Assembly: GCA_965243025.1 (NCBI GenBank)
Contig: CBDETY010000003.1
Coordinates: 5,376,001 to 5,440,000, forward strand
DNA from: Candidatus Latescibacterota bacterium
Lineage (GTDB): Bacteria > Latescibacterota > UBA2968 > UBA8231
Length of the DNA: 64,000 bases
Direction of reading: 5' to 3'
This document shows, in pieces, positions 10,314-18,686 of the stretch. Under the pieces are notes generated by a model that saw nothing but the letters and a program-made list of their open reading frames with translations, was not told the origin of the DNA and searched no databases. Made by a program: the position numbers and the translations under genes. The first letter of the stretch is position 1. Each line of letters opens with the position of its first letter.

Positions 10314-11699
10314 TTACGACGGCTGCTGATCGGGGTGCCTCCAGCTGGCGGTGCGGCGTGCGATTTCAGCGGCCAGACGATCGATTGCTACCCGGTCCTG
10401 ATCCATGGAATCCCGTTCCCGAAGGGTGACGGTTCCGTCCTCGAGAGTCTGCGAATCGACGGTCAGGCAGAACGGTGTGCCGACCTCGTCCATGCGGCGG
10501 TAACGCCGCCCGATTGCCCCGCCTTCGTCGTAGAAAACCCTGAACTCGGAACGCAGGTCTCCGACGATCCGGCGCGCCACGTCGGGCATGCCGTCCCGTT
10601 TTACAAGGGGCAGAACCGCTGCCTTGATCGGGGCGATCTTCGGATGGAAGCGCATCACCACACGCCTTTCCCCCCGGACCTCTTCCTCGGAGTAGGCGTT
10701 GACCAGGCACATCATCGCCGAACGGGTGGCGCCGACCGCGGTTTCCACCACCGCAGGCAGGAGCTTCTCGCGGGATTCCTCGTTGAAGTAGCGCAGCGCC
10801 TTTCCCGAGAACTCCTCGTGCCTGCCGAGATCGAACTGGCCGCGGTTGTGGACCCCTTCGATTTCACCCCACCCGAAAGGGAATTCGTACTGGATGTCGA
10901 AGGCCTTGCTCGCGTAATGGGCGAGCTCGGCGCCGACGTGTTCATGCCAGCGCAACTTCGCCCCGGGAATACCGAGGTCGGCGAACCAGTTCCAGCGCTG
11001 CTCCTTCCAGTAATCGAACCATTCGTCTTCGGAGCCAGGCTCGACGAAGTACTGCATTTCCATCTGCTCGAATTCCCGCACGCGAAAAAGAAAGTTCTTC
11101 GTGTTGATCTCGTTGCGGAACGACTTGCCTATCTGGGCGATGCCGAAAGGAAGCTTCTGGCGCATGGCGGTCTGCACGTTGAGGAAGTTGACGAAGATCC
11201 CCTGGGCGGTCTCCGGCCGCAGGTAGGTGACGGAGGCATCGTCCTCAACGGGGCCGACGTGGGTCTTGAACATCAGGTTGAAATGCCGCGGCTCGGAGAG
11301 CTCGTTTCCCTTCGGGCTTTTTATGGCGAGTTCGGACAGTTTCGCCGCCATCTGCTCGAAGCTCCAGCCGGTGGGGTCGACCCCGTTCTCCTCGAGAACG
11401 TGATCGAGACGGAAGCGCTCGTGGGTTTTCCTGTCTTCGACGAGGGGGTCGTGAAAACCGTCGACGTGCCCGGAAGCCTCCCATACCCGCGGGTGCATCA
11501 GTATGCTGGCGTCGATGCCCTCGACGTCCTCGCGCCAGGTCATCGCCCGCCACCACGACTCCTTGATGTTGCGCAACAGCTCGGCGCCGAGGGGACCGTA
11601 GTCCCAGCAGCCGTTGAGACCCCCGTAGATTTCGGAGCTCTGAAAGATGAACCCCTTGCGTTTGCAAAGGGACACGACCTTTTCCATTACCTGTTCCAT
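10314..11699 (-). CDS. glyQS: Glycine--tRNA ligase (alpha2 homodimeric type)
   Basis: EIYGG, YLRPETAQGIF, GKSFRNEI, REFEQME, ELAHY and IGRRYRR.DE.GTP. Confidence 0.95.
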   Translation of the reverse strand: MEQVMEKVVSLCKRKGFIFQSSEIYGGLNGCWDYGPLGAELLRNIKESWWRAMTWREDVEGIDASILMHPRVWEASGHVDGFHDPLVEDRKTHERFRLDHVLEENGVDPTGWSFEQMAAKLSELAIKSPKGNELSEPRHFNLMFKTHVGPVEDDASVTYLRPETAQGIFVNFLNVQTAMRQKLPFGIAQIGKSFRNEINTKNFLFRVREFEQMEMQYFVEPGSEDEWFDYWKEQRWNWFADLGIPGAKLRWHEHVGAELAHYASKAFDIQYEFPFGWGEIEGVHNRGQFDLGRHEEFSGKALRYFNEESREKLLPAVVETAVGATRSAMMCLVNAYSEEEVRGERRVVMRFHPKIAPIKAAVLPLVKRDGMPDVARRIVGDLRSEFRVFYDEGGAIGRRYRRMDEVGTPFCLTVDSQTLEDGTVTLRERDSMDQDRVAIDRLAAEIARRTASWRHPDQQPS

Positions 11700-11712
11700 A
11701 CCTGCCGATTCC

Positions 11713-12546
11713 TCAATGCAAGAATTCCAGGGCCTTCAGGCGGCCGCCCGCACCGCCGTGGTGCTCCAGAAAGCCGCTTAAAATCGCGCGTATCTCCCCG
11801 CACCCGGGAGGCAGGGGCGGAATCGCCTCTTTCCTGTACGTGCGGACGTTCTGCAGGCGCGCCAGAAAACCGAGGCTGTCGGGGGCGACGCGATGACCGC
11901 CGTTGCGCGAATAGCGGGCCAATCGTTCATCTTCCATCGCTCGATTCCACTGGTAGCCGCCATCCTCCGGCACGTCCTCGGCGCGGTGGCAGTCGCTGCA
12001 AAGGCCGCCGCCCAGACCGGCGCTGAAGTAGGGTGCTTCGCAGCCTGCCAGCGGGGTGTTGCAGGAGACGCAGCCGCTGAGCTCGGGACGGTAGCCCAGC
12101 GCCTCGGCGAGGCGCAGCTGGAAATACCAGAACAGCGACTCGATCTGTTCAGGGTCCACTTCCTCGAGAGCGGCCAGGACTCCGGTCAGGCATCTGTAGA
12201 GCCGCTGATTCGGCTCCTGCTCTATGGCGATTCGGTCAATGGACTCGCAGGCGGCGCTGGCGAAGGACAGGCGCCGGAAGTCGCGCAGCAGGGCGGGGAA
12301 GGACTGCACGACGTCGCATTCGCTCAGCGTCTGCAGGTCGCGATCCTCCCGCAGGTAGCAGACCGCCTGCACCTCCGTCATCACTTCGAGGGCGGCGCCG
12401 AACTTGCTTTTCGGGCGGCGCGCCCCTTTTGCGACAACCTTGAGCTTGCCGAACTCCTCGGAGTAGAGCGTCGCCAGCTTGCTCGTCTCTCCCATGCGCC
12501 GGCTGCGCACGACGACGGCCCGCGTCTTGACGATCTGCCTGCCCAT
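11713..12546 (-). CDS. recO: DNA repair protein RecO
   Basis: GETSK...LYS...GKL...AKGAR.PKS N-terminus; C-terminal CxxC...CxxC zinc finger. Confidence 0.9.
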   Translation of the reverse strand: MGRQIVKTRAVVVRSRRMGETSKLATLYSEEFGKLKVVAKGARRPKSKFGAALEVMTEVQAVCYLREDRDLQTLSECDVVQSFPALLRDFRRLSFASAACESIDRIAIEQEPNQRLYRCLTGVLAALEEVDPEQIESLFWYFQLRLAEALGYRPELSGCVSCNTPLAGCEAPYFSAGLGGGLCSDCHRAEDVPEDGGYQWNRAMEDERLARYSRNGGHRVAPDSLGFLARLQNVRTYRKEAIPPLPPGCGEIRAILSGFLEHHGGAGGRLKALEFLH

Positions 12547-12549
12547 TCC

Positions 12550-12876
12550 CTATTCGGCCTTTCCCCCCTCGTCCGGAATGCGGTAGATCTGTTCGCCCGG
12601 CCTTTTCATTCCGTATTCCTCGCGCGCCACTTTTTCGAGATACCCGGTGTCGTTCCGCAAAAGCTCCAGCAGGGTGCGCAGACTGTCGTTCCGGGCGCGA
12701 AGCGATTCGACTTCGTTTTGCAGAAGCTGCAGCTCGGTGCGCCGCGCCTCCACCTGCAGGTAGCCGCTTTCTCCCGCCAAAAGGACGTACACACCACCGG
12801 CGAACAGGGCGAGAAACAACAGCTGTTTCCACCTGCGGTGGGATCGCGCCGCCAGCTTGTCGGTGCCGCGGTTCAC
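12550..12876 (-). CDS. ftsB: Septum formation initiator FtsB/DivIC
   Basis: Single TM helix, leucine-zipper coil and YLEKVARE.YGM.RPGE; GTG start at 12876 inferred. Confidence 0.85.
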   Translation of the reverse strand: MNRGTDKLAARSHRRWKQLLFLALFAGGVYVLLAGESGYLQVEARRTELQLLQNEVESLRARNDSLRTLLELLRNDTGYLEKVAREEYGMKRPGEQIYRIPDEGGKAE

Positions 12877-12887
12877 ACCGCCCCCGT

Positions 12888-12985
12888 CGGTGTCCCGCCG
12901 CGGAGACAGATTGAAAGAACCGGGACGCCGCGAGCCGGGATGGATCGGCGTCCCCATGGCGGCATGTTTCCGAGACAGAACACTA
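12888..12985. mobile_element. Internally deleted copy of the MITE at 1925-2090
   Basis: Left end CGGTGTCCCGCCGCGGAGACAGATTGAAAGAACCGGGACGCCG aligns with 1925-1967; right part GAGCCGGGATGGATCGGCGTCCC...CACTA aligns with 2037-2090. Confidence 0.7.
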
Positions 12986-14155
12986 GAAGAGCACGAGATC
13001 GTCGCGGTGGATCACCTCGATGGCGGGCCGGCCAAGGGCGGCCTCCACGTCCGCGGAGCTTTTCCCGAGGACGCGGGCGATCTCCTCGGAGTCGTAGCGC
13101 GTCAGCCCGCGTGCGACCTCCGCCTTGCGGCGGTTCTCGACGCGGATGACGTCGCCCGGCTTGAACTCGCCGCTGCAGCCGACCACCCCGGCGACCAGCA
13201 GGCTTTTTCCCATATCGCGGATGGCGCGCTCGGCTCCCTTGTCGATGGCGACGCTCCCCTTGCAGGGTGAGGCGAACCCGATCCAGCGCTTGCGGCTTCC
13301 GAGCCGCTTGCGCGAGGGAAGGAAAAGGGTGCCGATTTGCCTTCCCGCGAGTATCTCGGGCAGCCGGTGCTTGCGGGCGTGGGCGATCACCGTCATCTCG
13401 CCGCACCTCATCAACAGGCGCGCGGCGCGGATCTTGGTCTGCATGCCCCCGCGGCCGAGCTGGTTGCTCGAGGTTCCGACGGCGGTCTCTATATCTGTAT
13501 CCTCCTCGACCTCGTGGATCAGTTCTCCGGCAGGACCATCCGGTCCATAAGAGGAGTACAGACCCTCGACGTCCGAAAGAATCACGAGCAGCTCGGCGTG
13601 GACGAGGTTGGCGACATACGCGGCCAGCGAATCGTTCTCGCCGATCGTCAACTTCAGCTCGGCGACGCCGACGCTGTCGTTTTCGTTGATCACCGGAACG
13701 GCGCCGAAGGAGAACAGGGAGCGGAAGGTATTGCGAAGGTTGAGATAGCGCTGCCGGTCGTCGAGGATGTCCTCGGCGGTGAGCAGCACCTGGCCGACGG
13801 CGATGCCGTGGCGTTTGAAAGCCGCCTCGTAGCGGTTCATCAGCAGGTTCTGTCCGACTGCGGCGGCAGCCTGCAGACCGGCGATGGCGCGCGGCCTCTC
13901 ACCCAGGCCGAGACGCCCCATTCCCGCCGCCACCGCTCCTGAAGAGACAATGGCGACTTCCAGTCCCTGCCGGCGAAGGTCGGCGACGTCGGCGGCCAGC
14001 TGGTTGATGACCTTGCCATCGAATTCGCTGGAGCCGCCCCGGGTGAGGCTGCTGCTGCCGATCTTGACGACCAGGCGTTTGACCGGTCCCAAACGCTCGC
14101 GTCCGGTTGCGGCTGCCGGGTCTTTGTGGTCCTCGAGCGCCTCGAAGTCTGTCAC
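12983..14155 (-). CDS. proB: Glutamate 5-kinase (with PUA domain)
   Basis: [23 protein letters not shown] and GRGGM.TK. Confidence 0.95.
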   Translation of the reverse strand: MTDFEALEDHKDPAAATGRERLGPVKRLVVKIGSSSLTRGGSSEFDGKVINQLAADVADLRRQGLEVAIVSSGAVAAGMGRLGLGERPRAIAGLQAAAAVGQNLLMNRYEAAFKRHGIAVGQVLLTAEDILDDRQRYLNLRNTFRSLFSFGAVPVINENDSVGVAELKLTIGENDSLAAYVANLVHAELLVILSDVEGLYSSYGPDGPAGELIHEVEEDTDIETAVGTSSNQLGRGGMQTKIRAARLLMRCGEMTVIAHARKHRLPEILAGRQIGTLFLPSRKRLGSRKRWIGFASPCKGSVAIDKGAERAIRDMGKSLLVAGVVGCSGEFKPGDVIRVENRRKAEVARGLTRYDSEEIARVLGKSSADVEAALGRPAIEVIHRDDLVLF

Positions 14156-14940
14156 TGGTCGTCCGGGACCTGGTGGCCTCGTACCAGGACGCCCCGCTCA
14201 TCGAGAAAACGCTTTACTTCGGGAATGCTGTACTCCTCGTAGTGGAAGATCGAGGCGGCGAGGGCCGCGGATGCCTTGCCCTCGGTCAGCACTTCAAAGA
14301 TATGTGCGCAGTTGCCGCAACCTCCCGAGGCGACGATGGGAACGTCGACGCGCTCGGCGACGGTGCGGTTCAGCTCGAGGTCGTACCCTTCGCGCGTTCC
14401 GTCGGCGTCGATGCTGTTGAGCACGAGCTCTCCCGCGCCGCGGCCGACGAGCTCCTCCACCCAGCCGACGGCGTCCAGCCCGGTCGCCTTGCGGCCCCCG
14501 TTGACGTAGATCTCCCAGGCGGGCTCGTCCCCGCCGGAGGTGCGCAGCGCGTCGATTGCTCCGACGATGCACTGGCTGCCGAAGCTTTCGGCGCTCTCGT
14601 TGATTATGCCGGGATTCTCAACCGCCGCGGAGTTGATCGATACCTTGTCGGCACCCGACTTGAGAATCTCCCGGACGTCGGCGAAGGAGCGGATACCGCC
14701 GCCGACGGTGAGCGGGATGAAAACCTGCTCGGAAACCTGCTGCACCAGGTCCATGACGATGGCGCGGCCGTCAGCCGACGCCGTGATATCGTAAAAAACC
14801 AGTTCGTCCGCCCCTTCGGCGTCGTAGCGCGTCGCCAGCTCGACGGGGTCGCCGGCGTCCCGGTCGGCCGAGAACTTCACCCCGCGAACGTTGCGGCCGT
14901 TCTTTACGTCTAGGCAGGGTATGATCCGTTTGGCAAGCAT
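14152..14940 (-). CDS. hisF: Imidazole glycerol phosphate synthase, cyclase subunit
   Basis: [35 protein letters not shown] and ASGG. Confidence 0.97.
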   Translation of the reverse strand: MLAKRIIPCLDVKNGRNVRGVKFSADRDAGDPVELATRYDAEGADELVFYDITASADGRAIVMDLVQQVSEQVFIPLTVGGGIRSFADVREILKSGADKVSINSAAVENPGIINESAESFGSQCIVGAIDALRTSGGDEPAWEIYVNGGRKATGLDAVGWVEELVGRGAGELVLNSIDADGTREGYDLELNRTVAERVDVPIVASGGCGNCAHIFEVLTEGKASAALAASIFHYEEYSIPEVKRFLDERGVLVRGHQVPDDQ

Positions 14941-14943
14941 CGG

Positions 14944-15546
14944 TCAGTTGGCGGATGCGAAGTTGCGCAGCAGTCTCAACCCGACGTGCTGGCTTTTTTC
15001 GGGATGGAACTGCACTCCCCACATGTTGCCGCGAGCAGCTATCGAGGTGTAGTCCAACCCGTAGTCCGTCGTCGCCAGGCAGTCGCTCGGTTCCTCGCAG
15101 TCGACGTAGTACGAGTGCACGAAATAGAAAAAGCTGCCTTCGGGAACGCCGCAGAGGAGGTCGTCCTCTTTTTTCTTGGCGATCTGGTTCCAGCCGATCT
15201 GCGGCACCCTTTCGCCGCTCGGGAATCGAACCACGCGTCCCGGAAGCATGGACAGGCCGCGATGTCTGCCGCGTTCCTCGCTTTCGGCGAACATCAGCTG
15301 CAGTCCGACGCAGATACCGAGAAACGGTTTCCCCGCTTCCACCTCGCGCAGCAGGAATTCATCCCAGCCGCGCTCGCGAATGTTGCGCATCGCATCCCCG
15401 AAAGCTGCATCTCCCGGCAACACGAGGTGACTGGCGCCGCGCGCTTCTGCCGGACGTTCGACGATGGCGGCAGCGAAACCGAGGTACTCGAAGGCTTTCT
15501 GCACGCTGCGCAGGTTGCCCATACCATAGTCGATGACGGCGATCAT
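14944..15546 (-). CDS. hisH: Imidazole glycerol phosphate synthase, glutaminase subunit
   Basis: DYGMGNL.SV, GICVG.Q, YFVHSY and QFHPEKS. Confidence 0.95.
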   Translation of the reverse strand: MIAVIDYGMGNLRSVQKAFEYLGFAAAIVERPAEARGASHLVLPGDAAFGDAMRNIRERGWDEFLLREVEAGKPFLGICVGLQLMFAESEERGRHRGLSMLPGRVVRFPSGERVPQIGWNQIAKKKEDDLLCGVPEGSFFYFVHSYYVDCEEPSDCLATTDYGLDYTSIAARGNMWGVQFHPEKSQHVGLRLLRNFASAN

Positions 15547-16352
15547 CGCCCCAGCTCCCGGGAACGCGCCGTGGCGGCCTGCACCGCGCTTATCAGGGCG
15601 CCGGCCAGTCCCTTGTCCCTGAGCGCCCGCAGTCCGGCGACGGTGGTGCCCTTCGGAGAGGTGACTCGAGCTCTGAGATCGGCAGGCTTCTCTCCGGTTT
15701 CGAGTACGGTGTGAGCCGCCCCGAGCACTGTCTGGGCGGCAAGGGCAGTGGCAACGTGCTCCGGAAGGCCCACGGAAACCCCTCCCTCTACGAGGGCTTC
15801 TATAATTGAATACACGTATGCCGGGCCGCTTCCCGACAACCCGGTTACGGCGTCCATCTGATGTTCTTCGACGACGACGGTGGTTCCGACCTGGTCGAAC
15901 AGTTCCCTGGCCAACTGGAGCTGTTCTGTACCGGTGTGTGCTCCGGGGCAGACAGCCGTTGCCGCGACGCCGGCAAAGGCGAGCAGCTGAGGCATGGAGC
16001 GAACGACCGCGACCTCCCCTCTCAGCCTCGCCTCGATGGCTTCCGTGGTTACCCCGGCCATTACGGAGATCAGCAACTGGGCGGGAGTGATGGAAGGAGA
16101 AAGTCGGTCGACCAGACCGGGAGCGATCTGAGGCTTTACAGCCAACAGAACGACATGTCTGCCTGCGATCGCCGCTGCGGGATCGGAGGTGGTATTCATT
16201 CCCAGTTCCGCAAGCGGGGCCAGCGCAGTCTCGTCGATGTCGGAGGCGGTGATGTTTCCAGCAGGGACGCGTTGGCGCGAAACGATTCCCCGAAGCAGGG
16301 CGGCACCCATATTTCCGGCGCCGATTACAGCGATTTGGGATTGCTCGATCAT
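15543..16352 (-). CDS. proC: Pyrroline-5-carboxylate reductase
   Basis: IGAGNMG, LAVKP, TGLSGSGPAY and VTSP.GTT. Confidence 0.95.
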   Translation of the reverse strand: MIEQSQIAVIGAGNMGAALLRGIVSRQRVPAGNITASDIDETALAPLAELGMNTTSDPAAAIAGRHVVLLAVKPQIAPGLVDRLSPSITPAQLLISVMAGVTTEAIEARLRGEVAVVRSMPQLLAFAGVAATAVCPGAHTGTEQLQLARELFDQVGTTVVVEEHQMDAVTGLSGSGPAYVYSIIEALVEGGVSVGLPEHVATALAAQTVLGAAHTVLETGEKPADLRARVTSPKGTTVAGLRALRDKGLAGALISAVQAATARSRELGR

Positions 16353-16562
16353 ATCACAGGGCGGAACAGACTGACAGGGGGGATGTAAAGCAGCGGGCCC
16401 ACTCGGGGCGGGAGAGGATTTATGATAGAGTGCCCATTACGGCCTGTCAATTTCGGTCCGGTGAGGGATTCACAAAAATCAAGAAACCCGCGACGGGTTG
16501 CGGAGATCGCTACATGTTGTACATCCAACCTGTTTCAGAGAGAAAATCGGCACAATTTCTGC

Positions 16563-16592
16563 TTGACGGATTTGTTTCAGCAATGGTACATT
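16563..16592 (+). promoter_or_regulatory. Sigma70-like promoter upstream of the leader ORF and H1/SWIB gene
   Basis: TTGACG-18 bp-TACATT with a TG extended -10 in an AT-rich stretch. Confidence 0.5.
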
Positions 16593-16674
16593 TTGCACAA
16601 TGTGTTTATGGGCAAAGGTTAGGCAATTCGGCTGAGTTGGCTATTCGCCGGACACCGAGGGAGGAGGTGATCAA

Positions 16675-16755
16675 GTGAAGCCCGGCGATCCTGTCACCCA
16701 GTTGGTTTGGATGGGTTCGCGATTGAGCGAAACCGAGTGCCGGCCGTACACGTAA
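16675..16755 (+). CDS. Putative 26-aa leader ORF (MKPGDPVTQLVWMGSRLSETECRPYT)
   Basis: GTG preceded by AGGAGGTGATC; its TAA overlaps the AGGAG SD of the next gene. Confidence 0.35.
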   Translation: MKPGDPVTQLVWMGSRLSETECRPYT

Positions 16756-16767
16756 AGGAGAGAGAGA

Positions 16768-17328
16768 ATGGCCAAGAAGAAGGCCGCCAAGAAGAAGGCC
16801 GCCGCCAAGGGCAAGGCCGCTAAGAAGAAGACCGTCAAGAAAGCAGTAAAGAAAAAGGCAGCCAAGAAGAAGGCCGCCCCGAAAGCCAAGGTCGCCAGGA
16901 AGAAGGCGGCAAAGAAGAAGGTGGTAAAGAAGAAGGCCGCGAAGAAAAAGGCAGCCAAGAAGAAGGCCGCCAAGAAGAAGGCAGCTCCGAAAGCCAAGGT
17001 CGCCAGGAAGAAGGCCGCCAAGAAAAAGGCAGCCAAGAAGGCGGCAAAAAAAAAAGGCGGTAAGAAAAAAGTGAAACGTCAACCGAACGCCGCTTTCATG
17101 AAACCGCTGCAACCGGATGAAGCCCTGGGTGCCGTCGTCGGCAACAAGCCCTTGCCCCGGACGCAGGTGGTCAAGAAGCTGTGGGCTTACATCCGCAAGA
17201 ACAATTTGCAGGACGCGAAGAACAGGCGCATGATCAACGCCGACGACAAGCTCAAGGCTGTCTTCGGCGGGCAGAATCAGGTCAGCATGTTCGAGATGAC
17301 CAAGCTGGTCAACAAGCGCCTCAGCTAG
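16768..17328 (+). CDS. Histone H1-like Lys/Ala-rich protein fused to a SWIB/MDM2 domain
   Basis: About 100 aa of KKAA repeats, then PNAAFMKP...PRTQVVKKLW.YI.KN.LQD..N.R.I..D..L..VF...VSMFEM. Confidence 0.9.
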   Translation: MAKKKAAKKKAAAKGKAAKKKTVKKAVKKKAAKKKAAPKAKVARKKAAKKKVVKKKAAKKKAAKKKAAKKKAAPKAKVARKKAAKKKAAKKAAKKKGGKKKVKRQPNAAFMKPLQPDEALGAVVGNKPLPRTQVVKKLWAYIRKNNLQDAKNRRMINADDKLKAVFGGQNQVSMFEMTKLVNKRLS

Positions 17329-17374
17329 GCAGAGGGGACGGCCGTCGCCGGCTGCTGCCCTTCCTGCCTGTAAT

Positions 17375-17408
17375 GAATGGGGGCTCTCTTTCGGGAGAGC
17401 CCCCATTC
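17375..17408 (+). terminator. Strong hairpin after the SWIB gene (probable terminator)
   Basis: GAATGGGGGCTCTCT-TTCG-GGAGAGCCCCCATTC inverted repeat; U-tract is weak. Confidence 0.6.
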
Positions 17409-17514
17409 TCATGTACTCCCGGTCCGGATTCTTGCCCGTATGAGCTCTGCTTCTATATTCCGGACTGCATCTGCAAGTGGTTGCATCCACAACCCCATCT
17501 CTCGACACAACAGC

Positions 17515-18603
17515 ATGAAAGCATTGGTCGCCCTCGAGGACGGTACCGTTTTCGAGGGCAACGCCGTCGCCGCCGAGGGCGAGGTGCTCGGTGAAATGGT
17601 GTTCAACACCAGCATGACCGGCTACCAGGAGATTCTCACCGATCCTTCGTATGCCGGACAGATCGTCACCATGACCTATCCGCACATCGGCAACTACGGT
17701 GTCAACCCTGCCGACGCGGAATCGGAACGTCCGCACGTAAGGGGATTCGTGATGAGGGATTGCTGCCGGCGTCCGAGCAACCACGCGGCAACCCAGAGTC
17801 TGATTGAATACCTCGTCGAGCACGAGGTGATCGGTATCGAGGGGATCGATACGCGCGAGCTCACCCGCCGCGTGCGCATCCAGGGCGTCATGAATGCCGC
17901 CATCTCCACAGTCGATCCGGATCCCGGGGATCTCCTCAGGAAAGCCCGGGAATGGGAGGGTCTGGAGGGGGTCGACCTCGTTCGCGAGGTCTCCTGCAAA
18001 TCGCCTTACGTCGTCCCTCCCGAGGGAAGCGTCCGTTACCGGGTCGCCGCCTACGACTTCGGGATCAAGCGCAACATCATCAACAAACTGACGGAGCTGG
18101 GGTGCGAGGTCACCGTTTTGCCTGCAACGACGCCCTGCAGCGAGGCGCTTGCCCTCGACCCGGACGGGATCTTCCTGTCCAACGGGCCTGGAGATCCCCG
18201 GGCGGTCGAATACGCCATCGCTGCCACCCGGGAACTGGCCGAGTCGGGCAAGCCCATCTTCGGCATCTGTCTCGGCCACGAGATCCTCGGGCTGGCCTTC
18301 GGGGCCGAGATCTTCCATCTGAAGTTCGGGCACCGCGGCGCCAACCAGCCGATAAAGGAGAACGACACGGGGCGCATCCTGATCACTTCCGAAAACCACG
18401 GCTGGGGTGTCAGTTCCGAGAACCTTCCCGACTGTCTGGAGATCACCCGCCAGAATCTCAACGACGGCTGCGTCGAAGGCCTCCGCCACCGCGAGCTGCC
18501 GATTTTTTCGATTCAGTGTCATCCGGAAGCATCGCCGGGCCCCCATGACAGCTTCCACCTCTTCGGCCATTTCGCCGAGCTGATGCGGAAGAACGCCGCC
18601 TGA
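17515..18603 (+). CDS. carA: Carbamoyl-phosphate synthase small subunit
   Basis: L.LEDGT.F.G, FNTSMTGYQE.LTDPSY, LSNGPGDP, GICLGH and HPEASPGP.D. Confidence 0.96.
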   Translation: MKALVALEDGTVFEGNAVAAEGEVLGEMVFNTSMTGYQEILTDPSYAGQIVTMTYPHIGNYGVNPADAESERPHVRGFVMRDCCRRPSNHAATQSLIEYLVEHEVIGIEGIDTRELTRRVRIQGVMNAAISTVDPDPGDLLRKAREWEGLEGVDLVREVSCKSPYVVPPEGSVRYRVAAYDFGIKRNIINKLTELGCEVTVLPATTPCSEALALDPDGIFLSNGPGDPRAVEYAIAATRELAESGKPIFGICLGHEILGLAFGAEIFHLKFGHRGANQPIKENDTGRILITSENHGWGVSSENLPDCLEITRQNLNDGCVEGLRHRELPIFSIQCHPEASPGPHDSFHLFGHFAELMRKNAA

Positions 18604-18686
18604 AGCCGCCCCCTGCCGCGAGGTCGCCGGCCGGGGATCCTGAAAAGAGAGGAGAGGCGAACGTCCGTAACCGAACGGCCGGACGG

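Noticed and set aside
16671-17036. Hydrophobic AAFF-repeat ORF on the minus strand
   Set aside because: It is simply the antisense translation of the KKAA repeats
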